The notes beneath the pieces were generated by a model. It worked only from the letters and a program-made list of their open reading frames with translations. It had not been told where the DNA came from and did not search any database. Of a stretch of 64,000 nucleotides of DNA, positions 1-13,400 are shown piece after piece. Origin of the DNA: Phoronis australis. Taxonomy: Eukaryota > Animalia > Phoronida. Where the stretch lies: assembly GCA_002633005.1 (NCBI GenBank), contig NMRA01000093.1, forward strand, positions 572,102 through 636,101. Reading direction: 5' to 3'. Made by a program: the position numbers and the translations under genes. Positions within the stretch are counted from its first letter, which is position 1, and every line of letters begins with the position of its first letter.

Positions 1-1445
1 TTGACCAGTCCTACGAGTGGCAGCCAAAAATATAGGCTAAATAAAACAAAAAATGAAAAGCAATTGAAAGAAAGTACTTGACCCAGAAATAATATAAAAA
101 CAAAAATGGTATAAAGTATAGAACCCACTTACTCAAATACTAGAATATGATGCTGTATTGGTAATATGACCATAATCTAAAAACGTTTTGTGTAGGTTTT
201 AGTTGAAAATACATTCTCTGTTCACACGATAAGATCGATGCCGCTTAAACGTTTAAGCAACATTATTATCTGGGAATCTTCTAGCAGTGCAACGTTATTC
301 AGCAATGATCGTGTGTGATGTGTTAAAACATTCCAGCTCAAATGCTTGGCTTTCACGCATGTGACAAATTTTAAAACATTTTAACTAAAACTTTTCTTGC
401 TGAAGCTACTACCGTTAGTTAATGAGTTTTACATATTAAAATGTTTGAAGACTAGCAATAGGTTTCGCACAGCGCATTTAAAATTTAAAGTGTTTTAACT
501 TATATTGCTCTAGCAAAACATTCTTAAGATGGTTGTGTGAATGCAGCACTACATAAACAAAGGGAGATAATGTGGTGTTATGCAGAGACACTAGTCACAT
601 ATTAGAAAAGGCGACTAGATTAGGTACATGCATTCAAAATGTCTGATATTTTTACATGCGCGTGCTGCCCTCTTCAGGTCAGGTAATTAACACTAATTGT
701 TAGGAGGCTCAGTGAACTAGAAGTTGCATTTCTTTCGATGGGTAACTCTTCTGTCTTGATGAACATTTTAATTATTTCAACGCAGTGTTACACAATGACC
801 CAGTTCCATAGCATGTGATTAACAGCTAACTGTGAAAAAACAGCTACATGCAAATAACATCACAGAAATTGTTTGACATAAATTTCATGCACGGTGCAGC
901 TAATTTTGCACAACTCCACAATCTCTCCAAACAATTAAAACTGACAAACAGTTCTAAATAAATTCCTTCATGCACGGTGATGAGACTACAGCACAAGTAA
1001 ACTGTGGTATGTTGACGTGTTCCTCTGTGAGGGGCCTAATGCAAAGCATGATGGGAAGACTAAAGAAAAGACAAAGACCAGGCTCAATGTAACTGAATTA
1101 TTTTCTCAGTGATAATCAGAAAGCACCAGACAAGAGACTGGTAAGAAATATACGAAAGATTTTCCTGAATAGTCCGAAATGAGCAGCGAGTGAAACACCA
1201 AGAGAAATGCTTATTTTTTGAAATATCTCACAAGGTTAAAAAACAATGAAAAGATAAGTTTCCATAAAAGACAGTTGAGCAATGTTAACAATGTCAGACA
1301 AGTGACAATAAACTGACAAAAATCAAGTAAGATTTGAAAAGTACACTCAAGTAAAGACAGCAGCCAAAATGTGACATTTAAAATGTGACTAAGGTAGCCA
1401 AACAAGCAGGAGGAGTGTAGTATATACCCCAAATTTACTCATCAC

Positions 1446-1496
1446 CATGCTGGGATCAGCGCCATCTGCAGGACGCTTAGCAGATCCATCGTTTTT
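1446..1496 (-). CDS. Small post-C2D linker exon ([17 protein letters not shown])
   Basis: cccattttag acceptor, ATG|GTGATG donor, 51 nt, phase 0-0; GC-richer than flanks. Confidence 0.6.
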
Positions 1497-4400
1497 CTAA
1501 AATGGGATAACCAATGAGAAAGTGACTACGACATGAAGACGAAAATCAAATTTGCATAGCGAAGAAAGGATGAACCAGAAGCTACATATCACAGGAACTA
1601 CTAACTTCTTTACCGAGACAAAATCTTAAGGATTTACTGAACAAATGTGATGTGCTTACACCTGAAGTTTGACAAATCATGTCACTGTCCGTTTAAAACT
1701 TCTTTATTTTGCCAGTAGACTAATTCTTTTTATCAAACAGGTAATGAAGAAAAATCTTCATAGACCACAGGATTGAAAGTGACCCAATAAATATCTTACA
1801 CTCTGCCTTTTGTCACCTTGTAATTTACATGTCGTGAGCATTATCCATGACATTGTATGAAGGGAAATGCCAAGAGTATTGCTTAGACATAACTCATTCA
1901 ATAAGCAGTGCTACTGATAATTTCTGACAATAAATCATAGGCCACATATTCTGGTGACATTCTCAGAATATCTAAGTGTCCCGCACAACATGAATACAGA
2001 CCAGACTAAAGTTTCATGAACATATTATATAGTTTCATTATACAGATCATAAAAATAATTCAAACACGTGATAAGCGAAGAGAAATTCAAGCGATATGTG
2101 ATAGGCCTATAGTCCTCTCTCTCTCCGTTTGTGTGTTTGTGTGTTTGCGAGCACTCCATTTCTGCAGCAAAAATGGACAACCTGGTCCCTATCTGATCTT
2201 TGTGTGGAGAGTATGTGAGTGTTGACAGAATTGTTACTAATAACAAATAATAATTCTGTGACAATGCTTGGGCAGTGAAATATCATGCAGCCTCATTGTC
2301 TATGCTCATGTTGCACTGAATTTGTTACCATGGTGATGATGCTGAACCCCTCGGCTGCCACTTTGGCTGGATCAATCTAGCAACACACGTATACAATGTA
2401 CAGCGCAAAACTTTGGAAGTGAGAGAACTAATAGACAACGTACACTTTCAGTTTATTTGAGGTTGATAATAAGTTTAATTTCAAACTCCAATTTTTGTTT
2501 TTAGTGAAAATTTCAAACATCCTTTTGTGTTAATCAAACCGACGGTTTCCTGATTCCCAGAAACCTGTAATGCCAACTGTCAACAGTAACAAAATATTTA
2601 CGTCAATTGATATAGTAACAATAAGTCGTAATACAAGTTACCATCAGCTGGTCCTTCTATTAGCTCCATGTTTCAGAATATTCAGATGATAACCACGTAA
2701 GTTTTCTGTGCACCATGTTATGATAAACAGAGAATTACACAAAATAACACAACCTAGATTTCATGATCTAACTCAAATTTATACTTCAGTTGTTTCATTT
2801 TTGTACAATGTAATAAAGTGTCATTTGCAGGCATTGATTCCACAGAGTCTATCTGAAACACCTTAGGTATTTTGTAATGTAGAATCAAATAATCCCATGG
2901 AGGCACTATCTGCCAATCTGCCAACTTCTATCATTACAGCAAAGGGATTTGATTAAGAGACATCTAAATCCATGCCTTTCGTCTAGCAAGTCTCAAAAGC
3001 TGTATGTGACGGACGTTCTCTGCCTAGTCAATCTTCTGATTTACTGTCATCTTTTGGCTAAACATGTAATCACAGGTGCAACCCGACAGTATTCTCCATT
3101 TTGAGAGTCATGTGACTAGCTGCAGTGATAGAAGTTGGAGCACGCGCAGATACTCCCGAAGGGATTTGAGGCTACCAAAATACGAGAGGTGTTTCGAATG
3201 TAGTCAGACATGTCAATAACATACACGTCAACGTGCTCAATAAATATGATTCATCCAAAAATATCAGCCAATAAGTAGATCACTGATGGACTTAGCTGCC
3301 AAGAATTGAAAGACAATGGAAACAATTCTGGAAAACCATCATAATCGAGCACTCAGCAGAATGAACACTAAGGCCTCGGACTTACCAAGAACAGCTCAAA
3401 CGAGGCCAGAAGCTCTCCGCCATAAACACCATCCTTCTTGATATCGTACCACTGCAGTGCAGGCGTCCTAACGTCTGAAGAGTTCAGTTTAACCAATGGT
3501 TTGGCCCACGCTCGGCCCAGAAAGTCTGCACTACCCTGCACATGAATGAAATCAACCAATTTATAAATAAGATCAAGGAATTTCCGCATCCCAGGTCAAA
3601 CTCTCCTCTTTCATGGAGGCAGAAAAATGCATGGAGTGATTGCCTATTTATGAAAGGCACACTTTTCATTATGGCCACAATTTGAAAATAAAAAGCAGAT
3701 ACTAGGATCAAGGCCATACCTCAAAGAAGCATGGAACGTGATAAACAGACTAAATTGCAATTTTGAAAGTGGTTCTCTGTCACCAAAACAGAATTAAACC
3801 TGCTCACCAGGTATTTTTAGGGTTTGTTTGTAAAGATTTTCAATTTCTGTTTATATCAAAATATTTTCTATCAGTTTCAAATTTCAAAAAAACGATCTCT
3901 CAACTGCTCGCCACTTAATTTGACAAGGAATTCAGAAATGCTATTGGTTTATGTTCAAATGTCATATAACTTAACTTTCATTTTTAGCAGCTCAGCTCAG
4001 TCAGGCAAGATATGATCTGATCAGAGATTAGAGCAAATATCAAACAAAAGAGAGCTGGCCCTCCAACCAGTAAAACAATATTGGCATGGAATGATGAATA
4101 TCAAACTAATTTGAATGCAAGAGCATTTAAAACTGCATAACAGCAGTGCACAGCTGTGGGGCAAGCTCCCCATAGACACACAGCATTGTGGGTAAATACT
4201 ACAAAACCAGAGAGGGCGCTGATGTATCTTGGTAAGCAGCTAATGCAAAAAACTCATGAATCTTCAAACACTACACGATGACATGGGAAACGTTTGGTTA
4301 AATACATAAATTAAAATATCACATTTAAAGGCCGGTATACTCTTTGATGGAAGGAAGTGGCTCAGTTTGAACAGCAATGAAGCAATTCTAAGATATTACT

Positions 4401-7400
4401 TCATTTAGAGTGAACTGGAGATTATAAACCTTTTTTTAATGGTAAAAATTGTTCAGTTTGGTAATCTCTAAAATTTGGGACAGTCTCTAAAATTTGGGAC
4501 ATCGAAATTCAAGCCAAAATTCAAATTTAATTTGTGATTTTGAAGGTTGGACATGAAATGGGAATTTCGGCATTCATCCAACTTCTAAAATATCTTACTC
4601 TGTATTTTGTATCCACATAATCTGAACATAAATGGATTTTGCTGTTCAACATCTTCATGTATATGTATAGTGTATAAAATGAAGGCAAATAATCGTTAAA
4701 CATAATTCTTGAATTCGAGATGGTCAGTTTTGTCTATTTATAAAATTTGGTACAAGCCCAGATTTTGAGCCAAGTAATTAAATTTTTAATGCCCAAGCCA
4801 GATGGCATAGGGAATTTTGACAAAAAAACTTGCAAATTGATGGCTGCAGGTGTATCATTGCCCCCATACAACAGTGCACTTCTCAAGTTAAAAGTCAATC
4901 GGAAACCGTCTCTCAAGTGAATTAATGCTAACAGTCTAAATAATCAGTACAGCTATGGATATCTATGCTATCTTCGTTACAACTCAATTCCTTCACGTAC
5001 AAACGCATCATGGTCGAAGATCTCCACAACAATAGACGGCGCAATCTCCGCCACGGACTGCGGTGATCCTGGAATCTCGATCTCCTCAAAGATCAATGTC
5101 TGATCCCAGGTGGGACACAGTGTCTTATCCACCTTCTCTGTGGTGCCGCTAAAGTTAAGGAAGGAGATTCTGGCAAACGGATCTAAAAACGAAGACACAA
5201 CATTCAGAAACAAAAGGTAGAGAGGAAGATACCAACAAAACTGAAGCTGTCGCTGTGGGAGGGCACAGAACAAATCAAACTTGTCTGAAAATGGGAGGAG
5301 TCCATTCTCTCCTTGTTATGCACATATCTACATGAAGATTCACAAAGGGACATGGAAGATAGAGGAAGGTGCAGAATTACCATTTACAGGGGTCTGTCAC
5401 AAATCAATATTTTCTAGGGCCAAATGACATAGTTTATATAATGCTTTATCAGACAGCTTAACAGAGAAAATGCAGTGTTAAGCTCCATAGCTTGAACGTA
5501 CCGGAAAGTCCGTTGCTGTCTCCTGCCAACAAGTCCCTGGCTTGATAGATGTAGGCACGTAGCTGATACTTGTACGATTCTGCAACACAGCAAGACTGAA
5601 CAACAGGGAAGAGAGAACATTTCTCAACTAAAATAGCGTAGAAAATATATCTGAAACTAAATAAGGCGATCCAGATCCTCCCAAGGATACTATTGTTTCA
5701 TGAAATGAAGAATATAAATCGGTAAATAAAACAACAAGAATGGATCCATTCTTGTTGTTTTATTTACCGATTTATATTCAACTAAAATCCGATGCNGGAC
5801 ATTACATACCTTGTGGTAACCACAGAGTTTTTCCTTTACATGTATTTAAAAAATCTTTAATTTTGTGATTTTTTCTGAAAATTTCCTTACAGGAGGAAGT
5901 GAATTACTCCCTATAAGACGTTGCGAGATGGTACTTTTGTTAGGAATTGTTTAAAAGACATTTTTAATGAGCTTTCACGTTCCATGCCTCATTAAGGGGA
6001 AATGTCTGTCGCAACACCCAGACACACCATGGAGGCATTTTTAAATGTTTTTTGTTTCAGTCATGCCTGTGAAATGGAACAAGTGAGCAGAGGTAAATTA
6101 CGTGAAAAAGCACAAAAATATGGGGTAATGAGTCGCACCTGTCAAAAAGCGGAACATTCTAATGCAGGGCAAGCTTCAAAAGGCTAGTATGACTTGAGCA
6201 CATTACGGCGTTCTGCCGTTGAGTGACTTTTCCAGATGTAAGGGGTTCTGCGCATGTGATAACATCTGGCTCCTTTGATTACTGCCAAGCATAGTCTTTT
6301 GTCCCGCAGGACAACATTCAGGCCAATTATCTCCCAGGCTTCAAAGGGTTACTGAAACCTGGCAGAACTACTTTTGACACCCGGTAGATGTTTTCATCAA
6401 CAACAATGCGTTGGTAGTAGCCTACGTTTGGACAGAACAGATTGTCTCAACTTCCCTTGTGGTTGGGAACTTTTGGTCATTCAAAATTTAAACAGATTAA
6501 CATTTCACAAGGAATTCAGAAATGCTATAGGTTTATGTTCAAATATCATATAACTTAACTTTCATTTTTAGCAGTACAGCCCAGTCAGGCAAGATATGAT
6601 CTGATCGGAGATTAGAGCAATTATCAAACAAAAGAGAGCTGGCAATCCAACCATAAATGTCAGAATGGAGTTAATCAGTCTTGTAAGATATTGGCCATAG
6701 GGGTCATCTTCCCAACTTGTTGTTAGGTTATAGAAACGAACAAGTTGGGAGTAACGGGAAAACGCTGTAATGAGTCAGACAAGGGAAAGACAACATATTA
6801 ACACTCCCTCAGTTTTCAAATTGCAACTCACTAGCGACAGTAAATCATTATTGGCATGGAATGATAAATATCAAACTAATTTCAATGCAAGAGCATTGAA
6901 ACTGCATAACAGCAGTGCACAGCTGTAGGGCAAGTTCCCCATAGACACACAGCATTGTGGGTAAATACTACAAAATCAGAGAGGGCGCTGATGTATTTTG
7001 GTTAGCAGCTAATGCAAAAAACTTATGAATCTTCAAACACTACACGATGACATGGGAAACGTTTGGCTACATAAATTAAAATATCACATTTAAAGGCCGG
7101 GATACTCTTTAATGGAGAAAGTGGCTCAGTTTGAACAGCAATAAAGCAATTCTGCATCAGCAACATTGCTTGAAATCGATACTCCAAGTACCCCACTGAG
7201 ATATTACTTCATTTAGAGTGAACTGGAGATTATAAACCTTCTATTTAATGGTAAAAATTCTTCAGTTTGGTACAGTCTCTAAAATTTGGGAGTCTCTAAA
7301 ATTTGGGCCAAAATTCAAATTTAATTTGTGATTCTGAAGATTGGACATGAAATGGGAATTTTGGCATTCATCCAACTTCTAAAATATCTTACTCTTTATT

Positions 7401-10400
7401 TTGTATCCACATAATCTGAAAATAAATAGATTTTGCTGTATACGCATAGCATATAAAATGAAGGCAAATAATTCTTGAATTTGACATGGTCAGCTTTGTC
7501 TATTTCTAAAATTTGGTACAAGCCCAGATTTTGAGCCAAATAATTAAATTTTCAATGCCCAAGCCAGATGGCATAGGGAATTCTGACAAAAAACTTGCAA
7601 ATGGATGGCTGCAGGTGTATCATTGCCCCCATACAACAGTGCACTTCTCAAGTTAAAAGTCAATCGGAAAACCGTCTCTCAAGTGAATTAATGCTAACAG
7701 TCTAAATAATCAGTACAGCTATGGATATCTATGCTATCTTCGTTACAACTAAATTCCTTCACGTACAAACGCATCATGGTCGAAGATCTCCACAACAATA
7801 GACGGCGCAATCTCCGCCACGGACTGCGGTGATCCTGGAATCTCGATCTCCTCAAAGATCAATGTCTGATCCCAGGTGGGACACAGTGTCTTATCCACCT
7901 TCTCTGTGGTGCCGCTAAAGTTAAGGAAGGAGATTCTGGCAAACGGATCTAAAAACGAAGACACAACATTCAGAAACAAAAGGTAGAGAGGAAGATACCA
8001 ACAAAACTGAAGCTGTCGCTGTGGGAGGGCACAGAACAAATCAAACTTGTCTGAAAATGGGAGGAGTCCATTCTCTCCTTGTTATGCACATATCTACATG
8101 AAGATTCACAAAGGGACATGGAAGATAGAGGAAGGTGCAGAATTACCATTTACAGGGGTCTGTCACAAATCAATATTTTCTAGGGCCAAATGACATAGTT
8201 TATATAATGCTTTATCAGACAGCTTAACAGAGAAAATGCAGTGTTAAGCTCCATAGCTTGAACGTACCGGAAAGTCCGTTGCTGTCTCCTGCCAACAAGT
8301 CCCTGGCTTGATAGATGTAGGCACGTAGCTGATACTTGTACGATTCTGCAACACAGCAAGACTGCACAACAGGGAAGAGAGAACATTTCTCAACTAAAAT
8401 AGCGTAGAAAATATATCTGAAACTAAATAAGGCGATCCAGATCCTCCCAAGGATACTATTGTTTCATGAAATGAAGAATACAAAATCGGTAAATAAAACA
8501 ACAAGAATGGATCCATTCTTGTTGTTTTATTTACCGATTTATATTCAACTAAAATCCGATGCTTCGGGTCTTCAAACACTAGAAAGCTTTAAATAAAATC
8601 AAGTTGTAAAAATCAAAAAGTCTATTTTTGATACTCCTCATGCAAACAATTCTCCACAACATTTTGAAGAGCATTCCATAACGCATAGCATTTAGATGTT
8701 TGATTTGATCTGATCAGCCATTTCTGAGATACAGTGTTCTGAAGACGGCCAAATTTGGACACGTTTCCAGGGTTCTACACAAACCCAAGGAGCTAAAGTC
8801 TTACTTTTAAATGTAAGGAACATTCTTGGTGCAGTAAGCGACGTTTTGTACTTGTCTTCATCTTTTCCATCGGTCTGAAATAATGCACAAGAGAGTGAAA
8901 TCTCAGGCAATCTTTCACATTTTGAGATATCCACAAATTGCGGGGCCCACATCCACCAAATTCCCCCCTTCCCCCCCGAGATTCGAGTTGTAAATGGACA
9001 ATATTCAAGCAAATCTTGAGCAGTCTCATAATATTCCATACTGAAGGATTCCGTTACCATGGAGTAGGATCCTATCATGGTAAGGAATATTGGGACACAG
9101 ATTTTACATTGAGTAACAGGCCTTAAATACAAGAAGCGCAAAACTGAAACAACCACAGTGCTTTGCTGGGCAGTAATTGATAATAAAGAAATTATACGCA
9201 GAGCTGAGACGGCTCGAAACAGACCACCCGAAAATCAGTGATAAAATCTATGCCACTGTAACCTAGACTTTAGTTCCTATTTCAAGGACAAATTTTTAAG
9301 GACATTATTTCTACATTAAAATGCATCATACAATTAGAGATTGGTAACAAATGATGCATAATACAAGAAAAACAGAAATGAAGAATAGTAGTGGATGTTT
9401 GTGTGGATGAACATTTTCCACACAAAGTGTTGATTTTACTAAGGAAAAGAATGAAAGACTCGAGCATGTTCAAAAATAAAAGAACTACACTTTTTTACAT
9501 TAAACATACAATGCACACAACATGTGACTAAGTATCATATAACAACATTTGGTAAAGAGTTAATAATTCAATTACTGAAAAATGAGCCAGACAATATACG
9601 TGCAAGCAATGATAATGTATAATTGTGGCGATGTCATTTTCAAAAACTTATGCAATATAAATACTTGCAAATTCAAGGCCTTATTTCAATAAATGAAGCA
9701 GGCTTGGCAATGTTTATGGACAGCCAGCAAAGGCGCAATGTGACTGACTTGAAACAACTCAAATACACCTAAAGTAGGTTTATGAAACATGTAACAAACA
9801 TAATAAACAGAATGTACTATTTTTATAACAACGGTGACAGCAAAAAGCAATCAAAGTGTGTCAGAAATGAACTGAACACAACATCAAGTCGTGGTATACA
9901 ACAATTCCAGATACCTCGCTGAAAAACGACCAATTTGTTGAAGTTTCTTTTATCTGAAAAGTTTATGATTATTACATAACAGTGTTTATCAAATTCAAAT
10001 TAAATGGGTGCCTTTAAATCAGAACACAATACATTTCCAGCTGCAACAAATCAAAGAAATGGTGCAGTGCGGAACTCTTCTAAAACAGTGTTTTTAGCAT
10101 AAGGGTTCCCCTCCATCAAACAGTAACACAGTGTGCAAAGAAACAAGTATTGTGACTCAAGTTGCTGATGGTTTTTAGCTGCCAATATTGCACGAACAAT
10201 AAACATGATTTCCTTAGAAGCAGACAGATGGCACACAATATTAAAAGGATTTAAAACCCTGTTTTGATGATTTCCACCAATCCTCATTTTGTCACCTGCT
10301 AATGCATCATTGGCGTCAATCTTCCAAGTTAAAGGCAGGAATCAACTAAAAACTCATACTTCCTACGTCACAGATTGGACGTTATGGTTCTTGGTGGGTG

Positions 10401-13400
10401 GTCTTTTCCCACAGATGCCGTGTAATTTGCTAAAAGTGTAGATATCGCTAGCAGACTTTGACAGGAGTTTTCAAATTTTCCTCAAAACTGTTGATGGTTG
10501 TCTATGATTACAGAGCATTATTTTGTTTCAGAAAACTGGAGGGAAAGTTGTAATCTGTTGATAGGCCAAAACTGGAGGGAAAGTTGTAATCTGTTGATAG
10601 GCCAAAACTGGAGGGAAAGTTGTAATCTGTTGATAAGCCAAAACTTGGTTTGATATCCTTTTAGGACGCTTCTTCAATGGTACCTCGCAGACGCAATTCT
10701 TCAAACTAGTTGTTGGTGAAGAATACCAAACGTCTGCTACTACTGGGAAGTCAAAAGTCCAGCACCCATTTACGTACTAAAGCCAACGTGGTGTGTCACC
10801 TTGACGACATAAATGGCCAGACTGCCAGATACAGTGAACCAAGGTTACTGGAGGGTAAGAACTACTTTATTGACATCAAATGGCAACACAAGAGGAAGAA
10901 TCACAACCAGAGGACAAATTAAATTGAATTGTCCACCAAAAATGTCTGCCATCTGTCTGCTCTCCAAGCTACCATGATGGTTAATGTAAATGAATTCTAA
11001 TACAGGTTACAATATGGTGATCATTGTTAGATCTGTGTATGCTACAGATAAGGTCATCATAAAATGTGCAACGAGTTTCTGCTGGAAAAAGTTACCATTC
11101 ACCAACGTGTTACAAAGTTACCATCTACTTCCATTTCCCCCAAAACAGTATCTAGTAGAACATAACCATAACTACAAACTCTAGTCTAACTATTGCACAA
11201 AATGAGAGATGCTGCTATTCTAAATATTAACAAAATAATGAGATCTAAAAATCAACTCCACGAGGAAAACTTCTTCAAACTGTCGCTCTTCAAGCATGTG
11301 GCCACGAAAATGATGACATCATTCAAATGAATCAAAATGGTTGAAGAAGATGGTAAATGTTTGAGTGACAATCTGTTGATGTGTACAACTATGAGTCATC
11401 CACATACCAACAGAATGCACAGAGGTTTGTATTTGTTGGCGAGATATTCCTCAACACTAAGCCTTTGTGTAACAGGTACCCACATCATCACTCTGAGGAG
11501 TCAAGTAGCCATGTGCTACTGAATGATCACGTGCTCCTGACCGGTTAAATTTTCGCTGGCACGATTTGATCCTGGCAAGGTGCAAAGTACTTCTGGAGAG
11601 CTATTGACGAAGACATAACAGTGAAAAGTTCTTGTGCACGCGTTAGTCCAACATTACGTGAAAAACCTGTTTTTTGTTATTTTTTGGTCCTGCATGTGAA
11701 AATAATGTTCTGGACTTTCTTTCAGTTCTTGCACAGGAAACAAGAGTTTTGAAACTTGGCTTTCCATAATAGAGAGTGACAGAAAACGGCCTAATTTCAA
11801 AAGCACTTAATCTTTACTCTCGAACAAATGTCACAGCTTAGCATCCATGATCAGTGAAAAGTGACTTGGAACTTAAGACAGCTCCACACTACAACTTCTG
11901 AAGATAATAATAATCTCACGTGACTGTGGAAATGTCAAAGCCTCTGAGAATATGCACGCAATTGATAGTTACTAAGATAATTTCTATAAATAATCCTTAG
12001 ACTTCAATAATTTCATAACTAAACATTTTCAGCAATTTATGAAGTGGGAGTTTGAAACCAAATTTCTGTTTTTAGTCTCGATTCACTTTCATGAAACAGA
12101 CCCATGACTACAGACGCCATTTTGTGAAAATTACTGTGACAGAAGCTTGCGCCTATTCACAAAGTTGAAGAAAAATGCTTTTAAAAGGTTTTGCAGGACC
12201 AAATTGACAAGCTTGTGCATTTAGTCAATTATTTATAAAACTACAAAAACGCTGTTACAGTCGTTTCCAGCTTTTGAGTTTTTTACAAAAATCATAAACG
12301 TTATTATATTTCTAATAGACCCATGTGTAAAAGTGGAGCATTGTAATGGTGTTTTGAAGAACTGTGCACGAAGAATAGTATATGAAAGTTTCGTATGATT
12401 CTGATTTTCTGTTTGTGATGTATGACTGTCTGACACTAGCTTAGTTTGTGATATATGACTGCCTGACATTAGCTTAGTTTGTGATATATGACTGCCTGAC
12501 ATTAGCTTAGTTTGGACATTTGCCTAAGGTCCTACGTAATCTTGACTCTTAATTTGGTATAAGTTTTAAATTTTGACAGAAATAGCCATGATGCACCTGA
12601 TCAAGAAGAAGCCATGTTTCTATTTTGCATAGCTCTCAACCAACACCAAAGTCAAAGAGTGTTTGCCTGGAAGAAATACCATTATGTCAGTACAATACAG
12701 CCGTTGTTAACTCCCTGCATCCCAATTTCCCACCTGAAACTCCTACAGTGAACCTGAAGTCATTTTTAAGAAATGTCATGTGCACCTACCTGAGACTTGC
12801 CCATACTCTAATAACAAAATATAACACACGCTAAATAACCATAAGCTGACTAAACCGAATCAGAATGCATACACCAATTATACAATTATTGTATCTCTCG
12901 CAGTCCAGAAACAACTTACAACACAATAGATTCGTAAAGCAAGACATGGCAAAACAATGACGGAGTTAATGGGGGAAATTACTGCCAGAACATGCGAATA
13001 AAAGAACTTTGGTTTCACACACAAACCCCCGAATTTTTTGACTCATCAGAAATTTGTACAAAAACACATTACTTCAGGGATAGGAATATGATAACAAATT
13101 AAAATACTCTACTAAAATATCTATTGCAATTATACCAAACTTTAGAAAAAGATACCCACAACAGCATCAATTAAGATCGTAACACCACCCTCCCCACCCT
13201 CATTGGCGCCCCCAGGCACTGATCCCTCGGTTCTCTCACAGAAGGAGCTCACAACCTCCACATCCTCAAGAGGGAGCTGCCTCATGCACCCTCTCAAGAA
13301 CACAATCATTTAGAACCACCCATGAACTTTGAAACGAATCTTTGATTACCTCTAGTGCAAAAAAGCAGGAAGCTCCATGCTTTTCTGCCACCATTTTGCG

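Larger units (their letters stand above)
3923..8562. repeat. Near-identical direct duplication (about 3923-5795 versus 6507-8562) across the N gap at 5796; probable uncollapsed haplotypes
   Basis: Exons identical, introns differ by SNPs and indels; first copy ends exactly at the N. Confidence 0.85.

Noticed and set aside
5001-5579. True tandem duplication of the C2D exons
   Set aside because: Adjacent to an N gap, exons identical, phases incompatible for tandem splicing; best explained as allelic contigs.
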